Shown piece after piece: positions 18,909 through 27,868 of a stretch of 64,000 nucleotides of DNA. Source of the DNA: a virus (Duplodnaviria > Caudoviricetes); IMG/VR virus record IMGVR_UViG_3300017716_000997, positions 1,033 to 65,032 of that record. One strand, written 5' to 3'. How positions within the stretch are numbered: position 1 is the first letter of the stretch; each line of letters begins with the position of its first letter. The position numbers and the translations under genes were made by a program. The notes below the pieces were generated by a model. That model was not told where the DNA came from. It did no database searches and worked only from the letters and a program-made list of their open reading frames with translations.

Positions 18909-19139
18909 TTATTCGACTTCCAGCTTATGTACTCTGATATAGGAGGGGCGTATGCTTCTTGCCATGCGGGGAACCATCTTGCAATGTCCAAGGGCGACTA
19001 GCTTCTTCATGGTACGGTGTACATTCCCCCTACCCCTATCCCCTGTAATATTCATAATATCGTCTATAGAGGGAGCAAACCCATGCTCTTTCCACCAAGC
19101 ATCTATGATCCTATAGATATAGGCTTGCTTATCTGTCAT
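18909..19139 (-). CDS. LexA-type N-terminal winged-helix DNA-binding protein (no peptidase domain)
   Basis: GFAPSIDDIM...VHRTMKKLVALG...MARSIR resembles LexA PSxxEI...L..KG...RxI. Confidence 0.7.
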   Translation of the reverse strand: MTDKQAYIYRIIDAWWKEHGFAPSIDDIMNITGDRGRGNVHRTMKKLVALGHCKMVPRMARSIRPSYIRVHKLEVE

Positions 19140-19318
19140 GCTTTACAACGCTTAATCAATGCTTCTGTATGTATCTCGGCGGACGCTTGTTTACCTGCTT
19201 CTATATCTCGTAACAACTTACCCATATAAGCAATCTTATCTTCGTCATTCATAGCGTAGAACTTTACTAAGCGATCTTCTATCTGTTTAGCCACAATGTC
19301 GTTTATCTCTTTACTCAA
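19136..19318 (-). CDS. Hypothetical protein (60 aa)
   Basis: ORF coupled (ATGA overlap) to downstream gene. Confidence 0.5.
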   Translation of the reverse strand: MSKEINDIVAKQIEDRLVKFYAMNDEDKIAYMGKLLRDIEAGKQASAEIHTEALIKRCKA

Positions 19319-19330
19319 AATATATACCCC

Positions 19331-20173
19331 CTACCCTTTTGTTTTAAAACCATTGACGGGGGGTGTTTCTGTACCCAATTCTTCCCAATCAGGATGGGAT
19401 TTTTGTACCCCCTCCCCCTCTTCGTTTTCAATTCTATCTGGCAACGTTGCCAGTTGACCCTCTTGGGATGCTTGAAATGAGGTTTTTTCTGATTCTGATA
19501 TGTTTCGTTTGTCTGGATTACTATGTAGTAGGAGGGACCCGCCAATTTTGTCAGAGTCGGGGTCGGGTACCGGTGGGTTCGCCAGGCTGCTCACTTCCTT
19601 CTGATGGGAATTGCTAATCAAATCCATCAATGCTTGAGCGTCTGCATCGTCATCACTATCTATTGTTCTAATGTTATCTTGCATGGCTTTCTTTAACTGC
19701 TCCATGAGTTCGTTGCGGGCGGTTGCGCTATCCTTGATAACTGTAGTTTCGGTGCGCTGGATAAATACTCCCAGTTCTGCGACTTGTCCAAGCTTAGAGA
19801 GTGCGGATATGCGTTCACTAGCCTTAGATGTAGGATCAACTGCCTCTTTTGTTAGCTGTGATATGACTAAAGTCCTTAATTGAGCAGAAGAATATAGTGC
19901 ATTGAACTCTTTTGCCCTCTCTAGAGCATCTATTTCCGCCTGAATTCTTCCGTCTTTCATCATCTCACTTGCCTTGTTCGATATATTCTTGCGCTTGCCT
20001 GACCATTTATAGGCACTAGCATGGGCATCTACTTGATTCATTCCTTCTACTATGTTCTTACAAAAGGCTTTCTGCTTACTAGTTAAGCGTCTCTTACCTG
20101 TAAGTACAACATGAGCAGGAGTTTGCTCAAGGCTCTCTTTTATCTGTTGCTTGTTTAGCTTCTGAAGTCTCAT
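19331..20173 (-). CDS. terS: Terminase small subunit (280 aa)
   Basis: LTSKQKAFC...SAY...ASEMMKDGRIQAEI HTH, RISALSKLGQ; upstream of TerL. Confidence 0.75.
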   Translation of the reverse strand: MRLQKLNKQQIKESLEQTPAHVVLTGKRRLTSKQKAFCKNIVEGMNQVDAHASAYKWSGKRKNISNKASEMMKDGRIQAEIDALERAKEFNALYSSAQLRTLVISQLTKEAVDPTSKASERISALSKLGQVAELGVFIQRTETTVIKDSATARNELMEQLKKAMQDNIRTIDSDDDADAQALMDLISNSHQKEVSSLANPPVPDPDSDKIGGSLLLHSNPDKRNISESEKTSFQASQEGQLATLPDRIENEEGEGVQKSHPDWEELGTETPPVNGFKTKG

Positions 20174-20436
20174 TGATTGGGTATGAATTAGGAATACAGA
20201 TTGATAGTATCACAAACACTGTATAAGTATACAGCCTGGTTATCTATACAGTAGTTGCTGCCTACTATATCTCTTGTATTACTCCCTACATAAGAACGAT
20301 CCAAGCTGACCCAAGCGGAGTGATTGCGCCCTTTTAAAATTCTCAGCAATGATTGGCGATTGACCAGAAAACAACAAGGCTGCAACCCGCTGGGCCTTTA
20401 AATATAAGACCTATTGTTGAGTAAACTGTAGGGGTT

Positions 20437-20465
20437 TTGACATATACAAATATATGAGCTAGAGT
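20437..20465 (+). promoter_or_regulatory. Sigma70 early promoter
   Basis: TTGACA-17 nt-TAGAGT upstream of microgene cluster. Confidence 0.7.
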
Positions 20466-20511
20466 TCTACACATAGGTCAATTGAACCTATTAACCGAAG
20501 GAGCTTAAACC

Positions 20512-20709
20512 ATGCAACAGACTACAAACATTAACCTAGTAAAGGCATCTATTGTGATGGCATCCGTAGAAGATGCAACCAGTGTAGATAGACACTTGCT
20601 TATAGAAGATTTGGGTTTTATTGACCTGTTTAAAGATTTGTTAAACGGTAACGAGAATATGCAAACCATCACAAACACTCTTAAAGAGTATGTCTCAAAC
20701 AACTACTAG
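20512..20709 (+). CDS. Early hypothetical protein (65 aa)
   Basis: AAGGAG RBS. Confidence 0.6.
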   Translation: MQQTTNINLVKASIVMASVEDATSVDRHLLIEDLGFIDLFKDLLNGNENMQTITNTLKEYVSNNY

Positions 20710-20717
20710 GAGCTTAT

Positions 20718-21017
20718 ATGACTTATAAGAACGAATTCCCCGATTTTGCTTATAACTTGCCCGACTTGGGCAAAGGTTGGGAAGACAACTCATGGCACAA
20801 CGACTCTTGTCCTTCCTTAGATTATCCGCTTGAGGGTGGGAAGATGCTCCGCATTTGGTTTCAAGAGTCTAACCCTGAAGAGAGGGAGTGCGGTGGCAAG
20901 CAGTTTGTTTTAGTAGTTGGTGAATATGGTGACTCAGATCACCTTATGGAGTCGGACGATTTAAACGAAGTTCTAGCCTATATCAAGGCTAACAAGCTAA
21001 CCAAGGAGCAAGCATGA
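20718..21017 (+). CDS. Early hypothetical protein (99 aa)
   Basis: AGGAG RBS; WEDNSWHNDSCPS motif; ends KEQA. Confidence 0.7.
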   Translation: MTYKNEFPDFAYNLPDLGKGWEDNSWHNDSCPSLDYPLEGGKMLRIWFQESNPEERECGGKQFVLVVGEYGDSDHLMESDDLNEVLAYIKANKLTKEQA

Positions 21018-21352
21018 AACAGACACTAAACAAGGATCAATTCCGCTTTCAAATGAATCAGATTCGCCCTGATAACTTTTCATATGAGGGTCAGGGGGTT
21101 TTGTTTGATTACTTTGAGCAATTAGAGGATGACTTAGGCGAACAGATCGAGTTTGATCCTATTGCAATTTGTTGCGAGTATGCAGAAATGACAATGAGCG
21201 AGATTTTTGATGCTTATCCTGAAGTCTTAAAGCTTATCGACATGGATCGCCCAAGAGAATCAACCTATTCAATTGTTGTTGATTACCTCAACGACCATGG
21301 TTCATATTGTGGGGATACCACTCAAGGCACTTTTATTTTCCAACAATTCTAA
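21014..21352 (+). CDS. Early hypothetical protein (112 aa)
   Basis: RPDNFSYEG..VLFDYFEQLE...EFDPIAICCEY; strong RBS. Confidence 0.7.
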   Translation: MKQTLNKDQFRFQMNQIRPDNFSYEGQGVLFDYFEQLEDDLGEQIEFDPIAICCEYAEMTMSEIFDAYPEVLKLIDMDRPRESTYSIVVDYLNDHGSYCGDTTQGTFIFQQF

Positions 21353-21361
21353 GGAGCAAGC

Positions 21362-21595
21362 ATGAAAACCACTCAAGTAAATTTAAAAAAGAAAGACTTT
21401 GAAAACCTTTTATTCCATGCGAATAAAAAAGAGCCTTTGGGCTATCGCAAGCATTACGAGCAATATGGCGAGTCAACCGCTCCGATCCATCTCTACTACA
21501 CAACAGATGGAAGGCATTTAGGCACTTACCACGATGGTAAAAGCTGGTTTTTTGATGAAATTTACAACAGTTTAAAAGTGAAGGAGCAAGCATGA
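21362..21595 (+). CDS. Early hypothetical protein (77 aa)
   Basis: AAGGAG RBS; ends KEQA. Confidence 0.65.
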   Translation: MKTTQVNLKKKDFENLLFHANKKEPLGYRKHYEQYGESTAPIHLYYTTDGRHLGTYHDGKSWFFDEIYNSLKVKEQA

Positions 21596-21792
21596 AAACA
21601 TTTGAATGTTTTTGGGGGGATGGATATCGGGGTGAGGATAACAAGTCTATTCTTGCTTATCAAGATCAAGGATTTTTTGATTTATTAAAAGGTTATTCAG
21701 AGGACGATATTTGGAAAATAGATGGTTTAGAGGTTGGCGAATATGCGGAGTTTCAAGAGAGTGGCGATCATTGGGTGAGGCGGATAGCATGA
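21592..21792 (+). CDS. Early hypothetical protein (66 aa)
   Basis: AAGGAG RBS; ATGA overlap. Confidence 0.65.
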   Translation: MKTFECFWGDGYRGEDNKSILAYQDQGFFDLLKGYSEDDIWKIDGLEVGEYAEFQESGDHWVRRIA

Positions 21793-22004
21793 AAATATTC
21801 TACGCAACCGCAGAGAGTCGCAATTATTCATTTCAAGCGATTGGGGCAACCTATAACGAGGCTATAGGAACGCTCCACAAAGGCTTAAAAGCACACGCTA
21901 AGCAATACAACCTTGAGCCGAAATGGTTCGAACAATGGGCGGATATAAGGGTTCAGGAGCTAGAAAGCGGAATTACTTATAAAGATAGGGAGCCAATGCA
22001 ATGA
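21789..22004 (+). CDS. Early hypothetical protein
   Basis: Start MKIFYAT at 21789 overlapping upstream stop. Confidence 0.6.
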   Translation: MKIFYATAESRNYSFQAIGATYNEAIGTLHKGLKAHAKQYNLEPKWFEQWADIRVQELESGITYKDREPMQ

Positions 22005-22150
22005 AATACACCATAGAAGAGCTTTTTCAATCGGTCAATGACATCTATGCCCAATATGACGAGGGAGTGATCCCGTTAGATGAGGCAAACGCAATTTTAG
22101 AAAAATGCTGCAGAGCTTTTGTTAAAAATTTAGAGGAGGGGAAGGCATGA
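22001..22150 (+). CDS. Early microprotein (49 aa, not in ORF track)
   Basis: MKYTIEELFQ...LEEGKA; GGGAG RBS; ATGA overlaps both ends. Confidence 0.55.
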   Translation: MKYTIEELFQSVNDIYAQYDEGVIPLDEANAILEKCCRAFVKNLEEGKA

Positions 22151-22290
22151 ACCAAGCAAGCACAATAGAGAATAGCCTTTACTGGCAGAGAGTAGTTTTA
22201 AACGCAAGCACCGACCCAAAGCAACGGGAGCGAGTAAAGCGAGCTATTGAAAAATTAAACGCCGAACTAAAAGCAATTAAGGGGAAATAA
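22147..22290 (+). CDS. Early microprotein (47 aa, not in ORF track)
   Basis: MNQASTIENSLYW...AIKGK; GGAGG RBS. Confidence 0.55.
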   Translation: MNQASTIENSLYWQRVVLNASTDPKQRERVKRAIEKLNAELKAIKGK

Positions 22291-22601
22291 TGGAAGACTT
22301 CACAGGGCAAGGCATTCTGGAAGATGCTTATTCATACGAGCGACCCGCATATATTGTAGGGAACGCACTTTTAAACGGGATTATTAAAGCGGGATACACC
22401 AAGGAACAAGCAATAAACCTTTTCCACTCCAAGGCATATAGATGGGCCTTAGACATGGCACTGGGGGAACACTTGCACGAGATCGGCTTCCAGTATGGTC
22501 AGATCATGGCGCAAGAATACAAGCCCGAAGAGTTTAATTACCCATTACAACCAGCGCAACGCCTTGCGTTGATGGAACACAACCACAGAGAAACAGTTTA
22601 G
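22290..22601 (+). CDS. Early hypothetical protein (103 aa)
   Basis: TAATG coupling to upstream gene. Confidence 0.6.
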   Translation: MEDFTGQGILEDAYSYERPAYIVGNALLNGIIKAGYTKEQAINLFHSKAYRWALDMALGEHLHEIGFQYGQIMAQEYKPEEFNYPLQPAQRLALMEHNHRETV

Positions 22602-22612
22602 ACACCACCCTG

Positions 22613-22660
22613 AAATACCTCATTTAAGGGGGGTATTTTGGAGTAGGGTTTACCCTTACT
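22613..22660 (+). terminator. Possible terminator (two adjacent weak hairpins)
   Basis: AAATACCTC/GGGGTATTT and AGTAGGG/CCCTTACT after the first early cluster. Confidence 0.35.
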
Positions 22661-22785
22661 TGCTGACTAAAATCGGCATTAAGTACTTTTTTTGATTGAC
22701 ATTAGGATTGTTTTTTAACTTTAACTTAAATCCAGGATTACACACTAGATAGTAATTGAGGGTCAGGCTTATGAAGAGGAGTTGT

Positions 22786-23789
22786 ATGAATAAAAAAGAG
22801 CGCACAAGGATGGTTAAACATCTTTTGGATGTACAGGAATCAATAGCTTATTTGCAAGAGCGGGTCAGGCTTAGTAAGGGTATAGACCTAGAGATTTTAA
22901 ATAAGAACTTAAAGTATGCTGTTAAAAAAGAGGAGGAGTTATGCAAGAAAACTGGCTTTGGGGATTTGACCAATTCATCAACGACATTACAACGACTAGA
23001 GGGAAAAGCATGAGAATGAAAAGCTATGCAGTAAAGATTCATTACAGTGGAACTAATACTTACTTCGTAACTGCGCCCGATTATGAGGAGGCAGAGGAGG
23101 CAGCCTATGATGAATTTCAGAATGACATCGGGGATTTATCCCAATATACTGAGGTTACTGACATTGAAGCTGAAGAGGATGGTGATGAAGAATGAAAAAG
23201 AATTCTTTCAAGAACTGCTAAAGCTGGAGAAGATCCAGCCTAGCGCACCATTGACCATCAAGGAGATAGAGTCTATTTACTTTGATGTGTCGATGCAAAA
23301 GAGCATTAGCCCGCTTATCGACTTCGTTAGGCGGATTGAAAACGCACATGGAATAGGAGTACACAATGACTAGAGATGACCTTATTTGCGCTGTAATGTT
23401 TGGCCTCATGGTGGCAGCCTTATGCCTGGCATAGAGCGGGACAGGCTTATGCCGGTGATGCACAAGCTAGTAAAACAGGGGGGTTTTGCTGGTAGAATAG
23501 GTGAAGCAGCGATGTTGGCTGATGAGACTAACCTAGAACTACTGGTAAATACCTTCCCTCAGATGTTTATTGAGGGTCAGGCTTTGGAGAAACCTCGATG
23601 GACGCCACGATTATATATCTCAAAGATGGAAAAGACGGAAAGATGGAAGTAAGCATGGAGCTGATAGGCGAACCTCATCAGTCTTTTCTGGTGGGGAACG
23701 CTATCATCAACAACCTTTACAACTTGGACAATACTGTATTTGTAGAGAACGAGTTTACGAAACAGCCTCCAACAAACCTAGTGCAATAA
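22786..23789 (+). CDS. Cluster of small early hypothetical genes (about 22786-23013, 23010-23195, 23185-23373, 23422-23652, 23598-23789)
   Basis: Tightly overlapping ORFs, several with GGAG/GAGG-type RBS; starts inferred; no recognisable domains. Confidence 0.5.
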
Positions 23790-24552
23790 GAGATTTACCA
23801 GCAGTCTCTGCACCTACCCTTAATTCATAATCATTAAAGTCTTCACCACTGTTTGGTGATACCCAGTAAGGGCGGCCCGATTCTTTGGCAACTCTTATAC
23901 CTACTGGATCATGGTCAGCCACAATGACGCACTCAGGATACTTCTTAGCCATGTGCTTGATGTTGCCTGCCGAGAAGCATACATGAACTGTATAGCGGGT
24001 ATTGGTAGCCTTCAGCGCCCTTCTAACGGACAAGGCAGTAGCAAAGCCCTCGCAAAGAATGTCCACGCCCTTGGCATCAATGATAGCTTCAGCGCCCTTA
24101 GTTATTTGACCTTTGAGGAAATGCTTTTTGCCATCAGGTTTAATCATTTGAAGACCAACGAGTTTCTGATCTATACGCATAGGTATGAGAAGACTATCAT
24201 TCCATACATATCCGGTGGCATCAGGGAAACCCTTGGATGATAGGTAAGCATGAGTTTGGCGGGTAGCCTGGTTCATAATCCATGCTGCCTTGGATGCTGC
24301 CTTCTTATTGTCATCAACTCTATTATCTTGGGATACTTGAATCTTAACTCTGAATTGCGGATCATGCTTTCCCTTGTAGCTTACAGGCTTCTCATGGATA
24401 GCCCAGTTTTGTACTGCTCCAGAGTTTCCATCAAAAATGTATGCTCCATTACGGGACTGAGGCTTATCAATCGTGGGTACTCTGGTCCAGCGATCATGGA
24501 CAAGATTGCTAATTATGAGACCATTCTGCTCAGCAAATTGTTGAAAACTCAT
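23755..24552 (-). CDS. DNA primase, Toprim domain (no fused helicase)
   Basis: LVGLQMIKPDGKKHFLKG, ILCEGFATALS, IVADHD, DFND. Confidence 0.85.
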   Translation of the reverse strand: MSFQQFAEQNGLIISNLVHDRWTRVPTIDKPQSRNGAYIFDGNSGAVQNWAIHEKPVSYKGKHDPQFRVKIQVSQDNRVDDNKKAASKAAWIMNQATRQTHAYLSSKGFPDATGYVWNDSLLIPMRIDQKLVGLQMIKPDGKKHFLKGQITKGAEAIIDAKGVDILCEGFATALSVRRALKATNTRYTVHVCFSAGNIKHMAKKYPECVIVADHDPVGIRVAKESGRPYWVSPNSGEDFNDYELRVGAETAGKSLIALGLLEAVS

Positions 24553-25859
24553 GCCTCAATCTCCTTAATTCTTTTACCGATCCATCTCATTACTGGGACA
24601 GCCATGCTATTTCCCATTGATTTGTATCTCTGACCATCAGGTGATTCATCTTTGCCACGCCAAGGAATGTTTGTATAACCATCAGGGAACCCCTGTAAAC
24701 GTTCACATTCGATATGAGTAAGACGGCGAACCGCCATTGACTGGGACACGAAAGTTTGAGCGTGGTGGGATTGTACTGACGGACGCAATGCTTGTAGTGC
24801 TGGAGTTACATGTAACGGGGTAGCACTAAAGTTATTAGCTTTGGCATCTTCACGCAAACTGTATGCTTCTACAACTCCTTGCGTGGCATGAGTATCTACT
24901 GTGTAGCTAACACCATCATCGTTCCATCCTTTGCCGTTCTGCTTCTTTTCACGCCCTGATACATCTTGTAATGAGATAGCTTGGACAAGCGGCACATTGC
25001 CTCCACCTGTACCCCAGCGTGATGTAACTGTCTGTGATACATCACCCATCTCTTTTACTCGACTATCGGCTGGGTGAGTTTCATATACTTTAGCTATCAG
25101 ATCAGATGCGCTCTTGTAATCCCTTGCTGCAATGGTGCTGGCTACATCTTGAGTCCCATACTCACCGCTGGACTGACGATCAAAGGTTACTATGCACTTT
25201 CCCTCTTGAACATACTGATTGCCTACTCCTTTATAATCTCTAGCGCAGAGCGTTCCAACGCTGTCTGGAGTAGCGAAGGTAACTTCTTTCCTCTTTTCTC
25301 TGCTCGGCGGAGTATCCCTGCGCAAGCAAGAGGACTCAAATAAAACTTTTGCGGGAGATTCCCAGTCTCCAAGACATCCAACAACAAAGACACGTCTACG
25401 TCTTTGGGGTACTCCGAAGTACTGAGCGTCAAGCACCCGATAGCTGAACCCATACCCGAGTTCGACCAACGCCCCAAGGAAGGAACCAAAATCCCGTCCT
25501 CCATTACTACTGAGGACACCTGGCACGTTTTCCCATACGCACCACTTGGGTCTAAACTTGTCAAGAATGCCAACATAGGTGAGGGCAAGGTTTCCACGGG
25601 GATCTTCAAGTCCTTTGCGAAGACCGGCAACGGAGAAGGATTGGCAGGGAGTTCCTCCGACCAAAAGGTTAATTGGCTCATTCAAATTCCATTCTTTATA
25701 TTTAGTCATATCCCCCATGTTAGGGACGCTCGGGTAGTGATGCTTTAATACTTCCGATGGAAACTTCTCTATCTCGGAGAAGGCTATCGGATTAAAGCCA
25801 AGGTCATGCCACGCAACAGTGGCTGCCTCAACTCCTGAACACACGGATAAATAGTTCAT
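24549..25859 (-). CDS. dcm: C5 DNA cytosine methyltransferase (436 aa)
   Basis: Motif I (SVCSGVEA), IV (GGTPCQSFS), VI (WENVPG), VIII (QRRRRVF), IX (RRLTHIECERLQGFPD), X (GNSM). Confidence 0.95.
   Translation of the reverse strand: MNYLSVCSGVEAATVAWHDLGFNPIAFSEIEKFPSEVLKHHYPSVPNMGDMTKYKEWNLNEPINLLVGGTPCQSFSVAGLRKGLEDPRGNLALTYVGILDKFRPKWCVWENVPGVLSSNGGRDFGSFLGALVELGYGFSYRVLDAQYFGVPQRRRRVFVVGCLGDWESPAKVLFESSCLRRDTPPSREKRKEVTFATPDSVGTLCARDYKGVGNQYVQEGKCIVTFDRQSSGEYGTQDVASTIAARDYKSASDLIAKVYETHPADSRVKEMGDVSQTVTSRWGTGGGNVPLVQAISLQDVSGREKKQNGKGWNDDGVSYTVDTHATQGVVEAYSLREDAKANNFSATPLHVTPALQALRPSVQSHHAQTFVSQSMAVRRLTHIECERLQGFPDGYTNIPWRGKDESPDGQRYKSMGNSMAVPVMRWIGKRIKEIEA
25223..25681 (-). CDS. Alternative-frame ORF nested in the methyltransferase, resembling the M.EcoHK31I beta polypeptide
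   Basis: GRWSNSGM...SEYP...LDVLET...FYLSPLACAGILRRAEKRGKKLP; 152-aa open frame on same strand. Confidence 0.6.
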   Translation of the reverse strand: MSQLTFWSEELPANPSPLPVFAKDLKIPVETLPSPMLAFLTSLDPSGAYGKTCQVSSVVMEDGILVPSLGRWSNSGMGSAIGCLTLSTSEYPKDVDVSLLLDVLETGNLPQKFYLSPLACAGILRRAEKRGKKLPSLLQTALERSALEIIKE

Positions 25860-26074
25860 TCATCATCCCCAATATTGATCTTAATAGTCTCTAATGAATT
25901 AGGGTTTAATTCTGAATTAAATACGTTTTCTGTAGGAGGACCCTCTAGCTCAGGATGTAACGCAGAGTTTAAAGATACGCCATTATTATTAAATATAGCG
26001 TCCCAGTTATTGTTGAACTGTTCCTCGGATACCACTAGCGGACGTTTAAGATTGCCCTTGCCACCGTCTCTCAT
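25856..26074 (-). CDS. Hypothetical protein (72 aa)
   Basis: MRDGGKG..RPL.V..EQF..NWDAIF; AGGAG RBS. Confidence 0.6.
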   Translation of the reverse strand: MRDGGKGNLKRPLVVSEEQFNNNWDAIFNNNGVSLNSALHPELEGPPTENVFNSELNPNSLETIKINIGDDE

Positions 26075-26247
26075 ATCATTGCTCCTATAAAGTCTTCTAC
26101 TTTGAACCCACGCTTCTCTAGTTCTCTCTTGAGTTTTTGCTTTGCTTTCAATTCAATTGCTCCGACATTGCCTCTAGTCATACCCAAAACATCAGCTACT
26201 TCTTGTTGGGTCATGGCGTAGTCATCATAGGGGGTTTTCTCAATCAT
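26071..26247 (-). CDS. Small sigma70-region-4-like HTH protein (58 aa, not in ORF track)
   Basis: Manual translation MIEKTPYDDYAMTQQEVADVLGMTRGNVGAIELKAKQKLKRELEKRGFKVEDFIGAMI; ATGA overlaps both ends. Confidence 0.7.
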   Translation of the reverse strand: MIEKTPYDDYAMTQQEVADVLGMTRGNVGAIELKAKQKLKRELEKRGFKVEDFIGAMI

Positions 26248-27725
26248 GCTGCCATCCTTTCTTTTGATTTTGCGTATCTAATATTGCGACTTTGTATCCA
26301 CTTCCTTGTCTTTAAAGACGTTGGAAACATTTCTTTTGGTAGTGATATCGGCTCGGTTCCATACTTTTCACGGTACTTATGCTTTGCCCATGCCTCTTGG
26401 TATTCTTTTTCCTTGGCGTAATACAACAGCTCTGCATAGAACTGTCGGTTATCAACCATCTTCTGTTGGTTTGACGCAACAAGTTCTAACAGTTCACCAT
26501 TGACCATAGATACATCGGAACGCTTCTTCTTTTCGTATCCGCATGAACCACAGATCGGGCCTGAGAATGTCCATAGAACCTTACAGGCAGGGCAGATAGC
26601 CTCTTTCTTTTCCTTAACTGTCGGTTCTTTCTTAGCTTTCTCTGCGTTATCTTTCAATTCAGTTACGCCCTCATAAAAAACTTTATCCCAGTCATTGCGG
26701 AACCGCAGGAAGTTACCAGAATGATCTAGCCATAGACCAAAATCTTTACCCTCATGGGAGCGCATGATCCTCCCCATCTGCTGAACGTGGGAACTAAAGG
26801 ACTTGGAAAAGGGGCGGGCCGACACACCGCAGAGGACATCAGTGACGTCAAACCCACGGGTTAGGATGTCAGTAGCAATCAACCCATGGATGGTTGTATC
26901 TGGCTTACTGAACTCTTCAATCGTTTCCCGCTTAAAGTTATCATCTTCTTGGTATGAGATAGACACAAAGTTATAGCCAGCTTCAGCAAACTTTTTTACT
27001 AGCTCACGCCCATGCTCTACACCAGCACAGAAGACAATGGTTTTAACAGGCTTACCAAAAACTTGATGAACTTTCTGATGCCAGGAATGGACTACATCTC
27101 CAACGATCTTGATACCCTGAGTAGTTACATCTTCTGCTTTCCATTCGCCAGCCCGCTTTGCAATGCCTGTCATGTCAATCTCTTTAGCAACATAGACTTT
27201 AAGAGGGACAAGCCATCCCTTATCAATCAACTCTCCAGTAGGAGTAGCGCCTACAACATGGGTGTATACATCTCCAAGACCTTTGGTGAAAGGGGTTGCG
27301 GTCAATCCAATGACACGAATCTGTGGGTTTTCTTTGATGAACTTGACGACACCTCTGCGGGTAACGTGGCACTCATCAATGATTAGTAAATCTATATCTG
27401 GGAATGCATTACGCTTTTCCAAAGTCTGAGCTGAGCAAACTTGGATATGGTCATCAGGTCTTAGTCTCCAATGTCCTGATTGCATTACTCCATGGTCAAT
27501 ACCGTACTTAGTTAAACGTCTGCTTGTTTGATCGACCAGAACGATACGATCTAGAACCATAGCGCACTTCTTAAACTTATCTGCAACGGCTTTCATGATT
27601 GCCATTGCTACTTCTGTTTTACCGAAGCCAGTTGGTGCGTATAACAACTGACATCTATGACCTTGCCTGAAACCTTCTCTTAGTTTTTCAACTACTTCAG
27701 CCTGATGCACTCTTAATTCCAGCAT
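26244..27725 (-). CDS. SF2 DEAD/DEAH-type helicase with C-terminal zinc finger (RadD/YejH-like)
   Basis: APTGFGKT, IIDECH, GLTATP, LTRGFD, QQMGRIMR, CPAC...CGSC. Confidence 0.9.
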   Translation of the reverse strand: MLELRVHQAEVVEKLREGFRQGHRCQLLYAPTGFGKTEVAMAIMKAVADKFKKCAMVLDRIVLVDQTSRRLTKYGIDHGVMQSGHWRLRPDDHIQVCSAQTLEKRNAFPDIDLLIIDECHVTRRGVVKFIKENPQIRVIGLTATPFTKGLGDVYTHVVGATPTGELIDKGWLVPLKVYVAKEIDMTGIAKRAGEWKAEDVTTQGIKIVGDVVHSWHQKVHQVFGKPVKTIVFCAGVEHGRELVKKFAEAGYNFVSISYQEDDNFKRETIEEFSKPDTTIHGLIATDILTRGFDVTDVLCGVSARPFSKSFSSHVQQMGRIMRSHEGKDFGLWLDHSGNFLRFRNDWDKVFYEGVTELKDNAEKAKKEPTVKEKKEAICPACKVLWTFSGPICGSCGYEKKKRSDVSMVNGELLELVASNQQKMVDNRQFYAELLYYAKEKEYQEAWAKHKYREKYGTEPISLPKEMFPTSLKTRKWIQSRNIRYAKSKERMAA

Positions 27726-27868
27726 TGCTTCTCCTGTTCAGCCAAGTATCCGCTTGGTATCGGGTGGGGGTACTAACTTTATGTGAAGGAGCTGTGTGGA
27801 AAAACCAATAACCGCACAACCTACAGGCTGTTTATAGTCGCCGAGCCGACTTGCTTTCCCCCCGTAAA

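Noticed and set aside
22696-22727. Promoter at TTGACA 22696
   Set aside because: No acceptable -10 hexamer at 16-18 nt spacing
23911-24633. Plus-strand ORFs antisense to primase and methyltransferase
   Set aside because: Fully antisense to well-supported genes, no recognisable features
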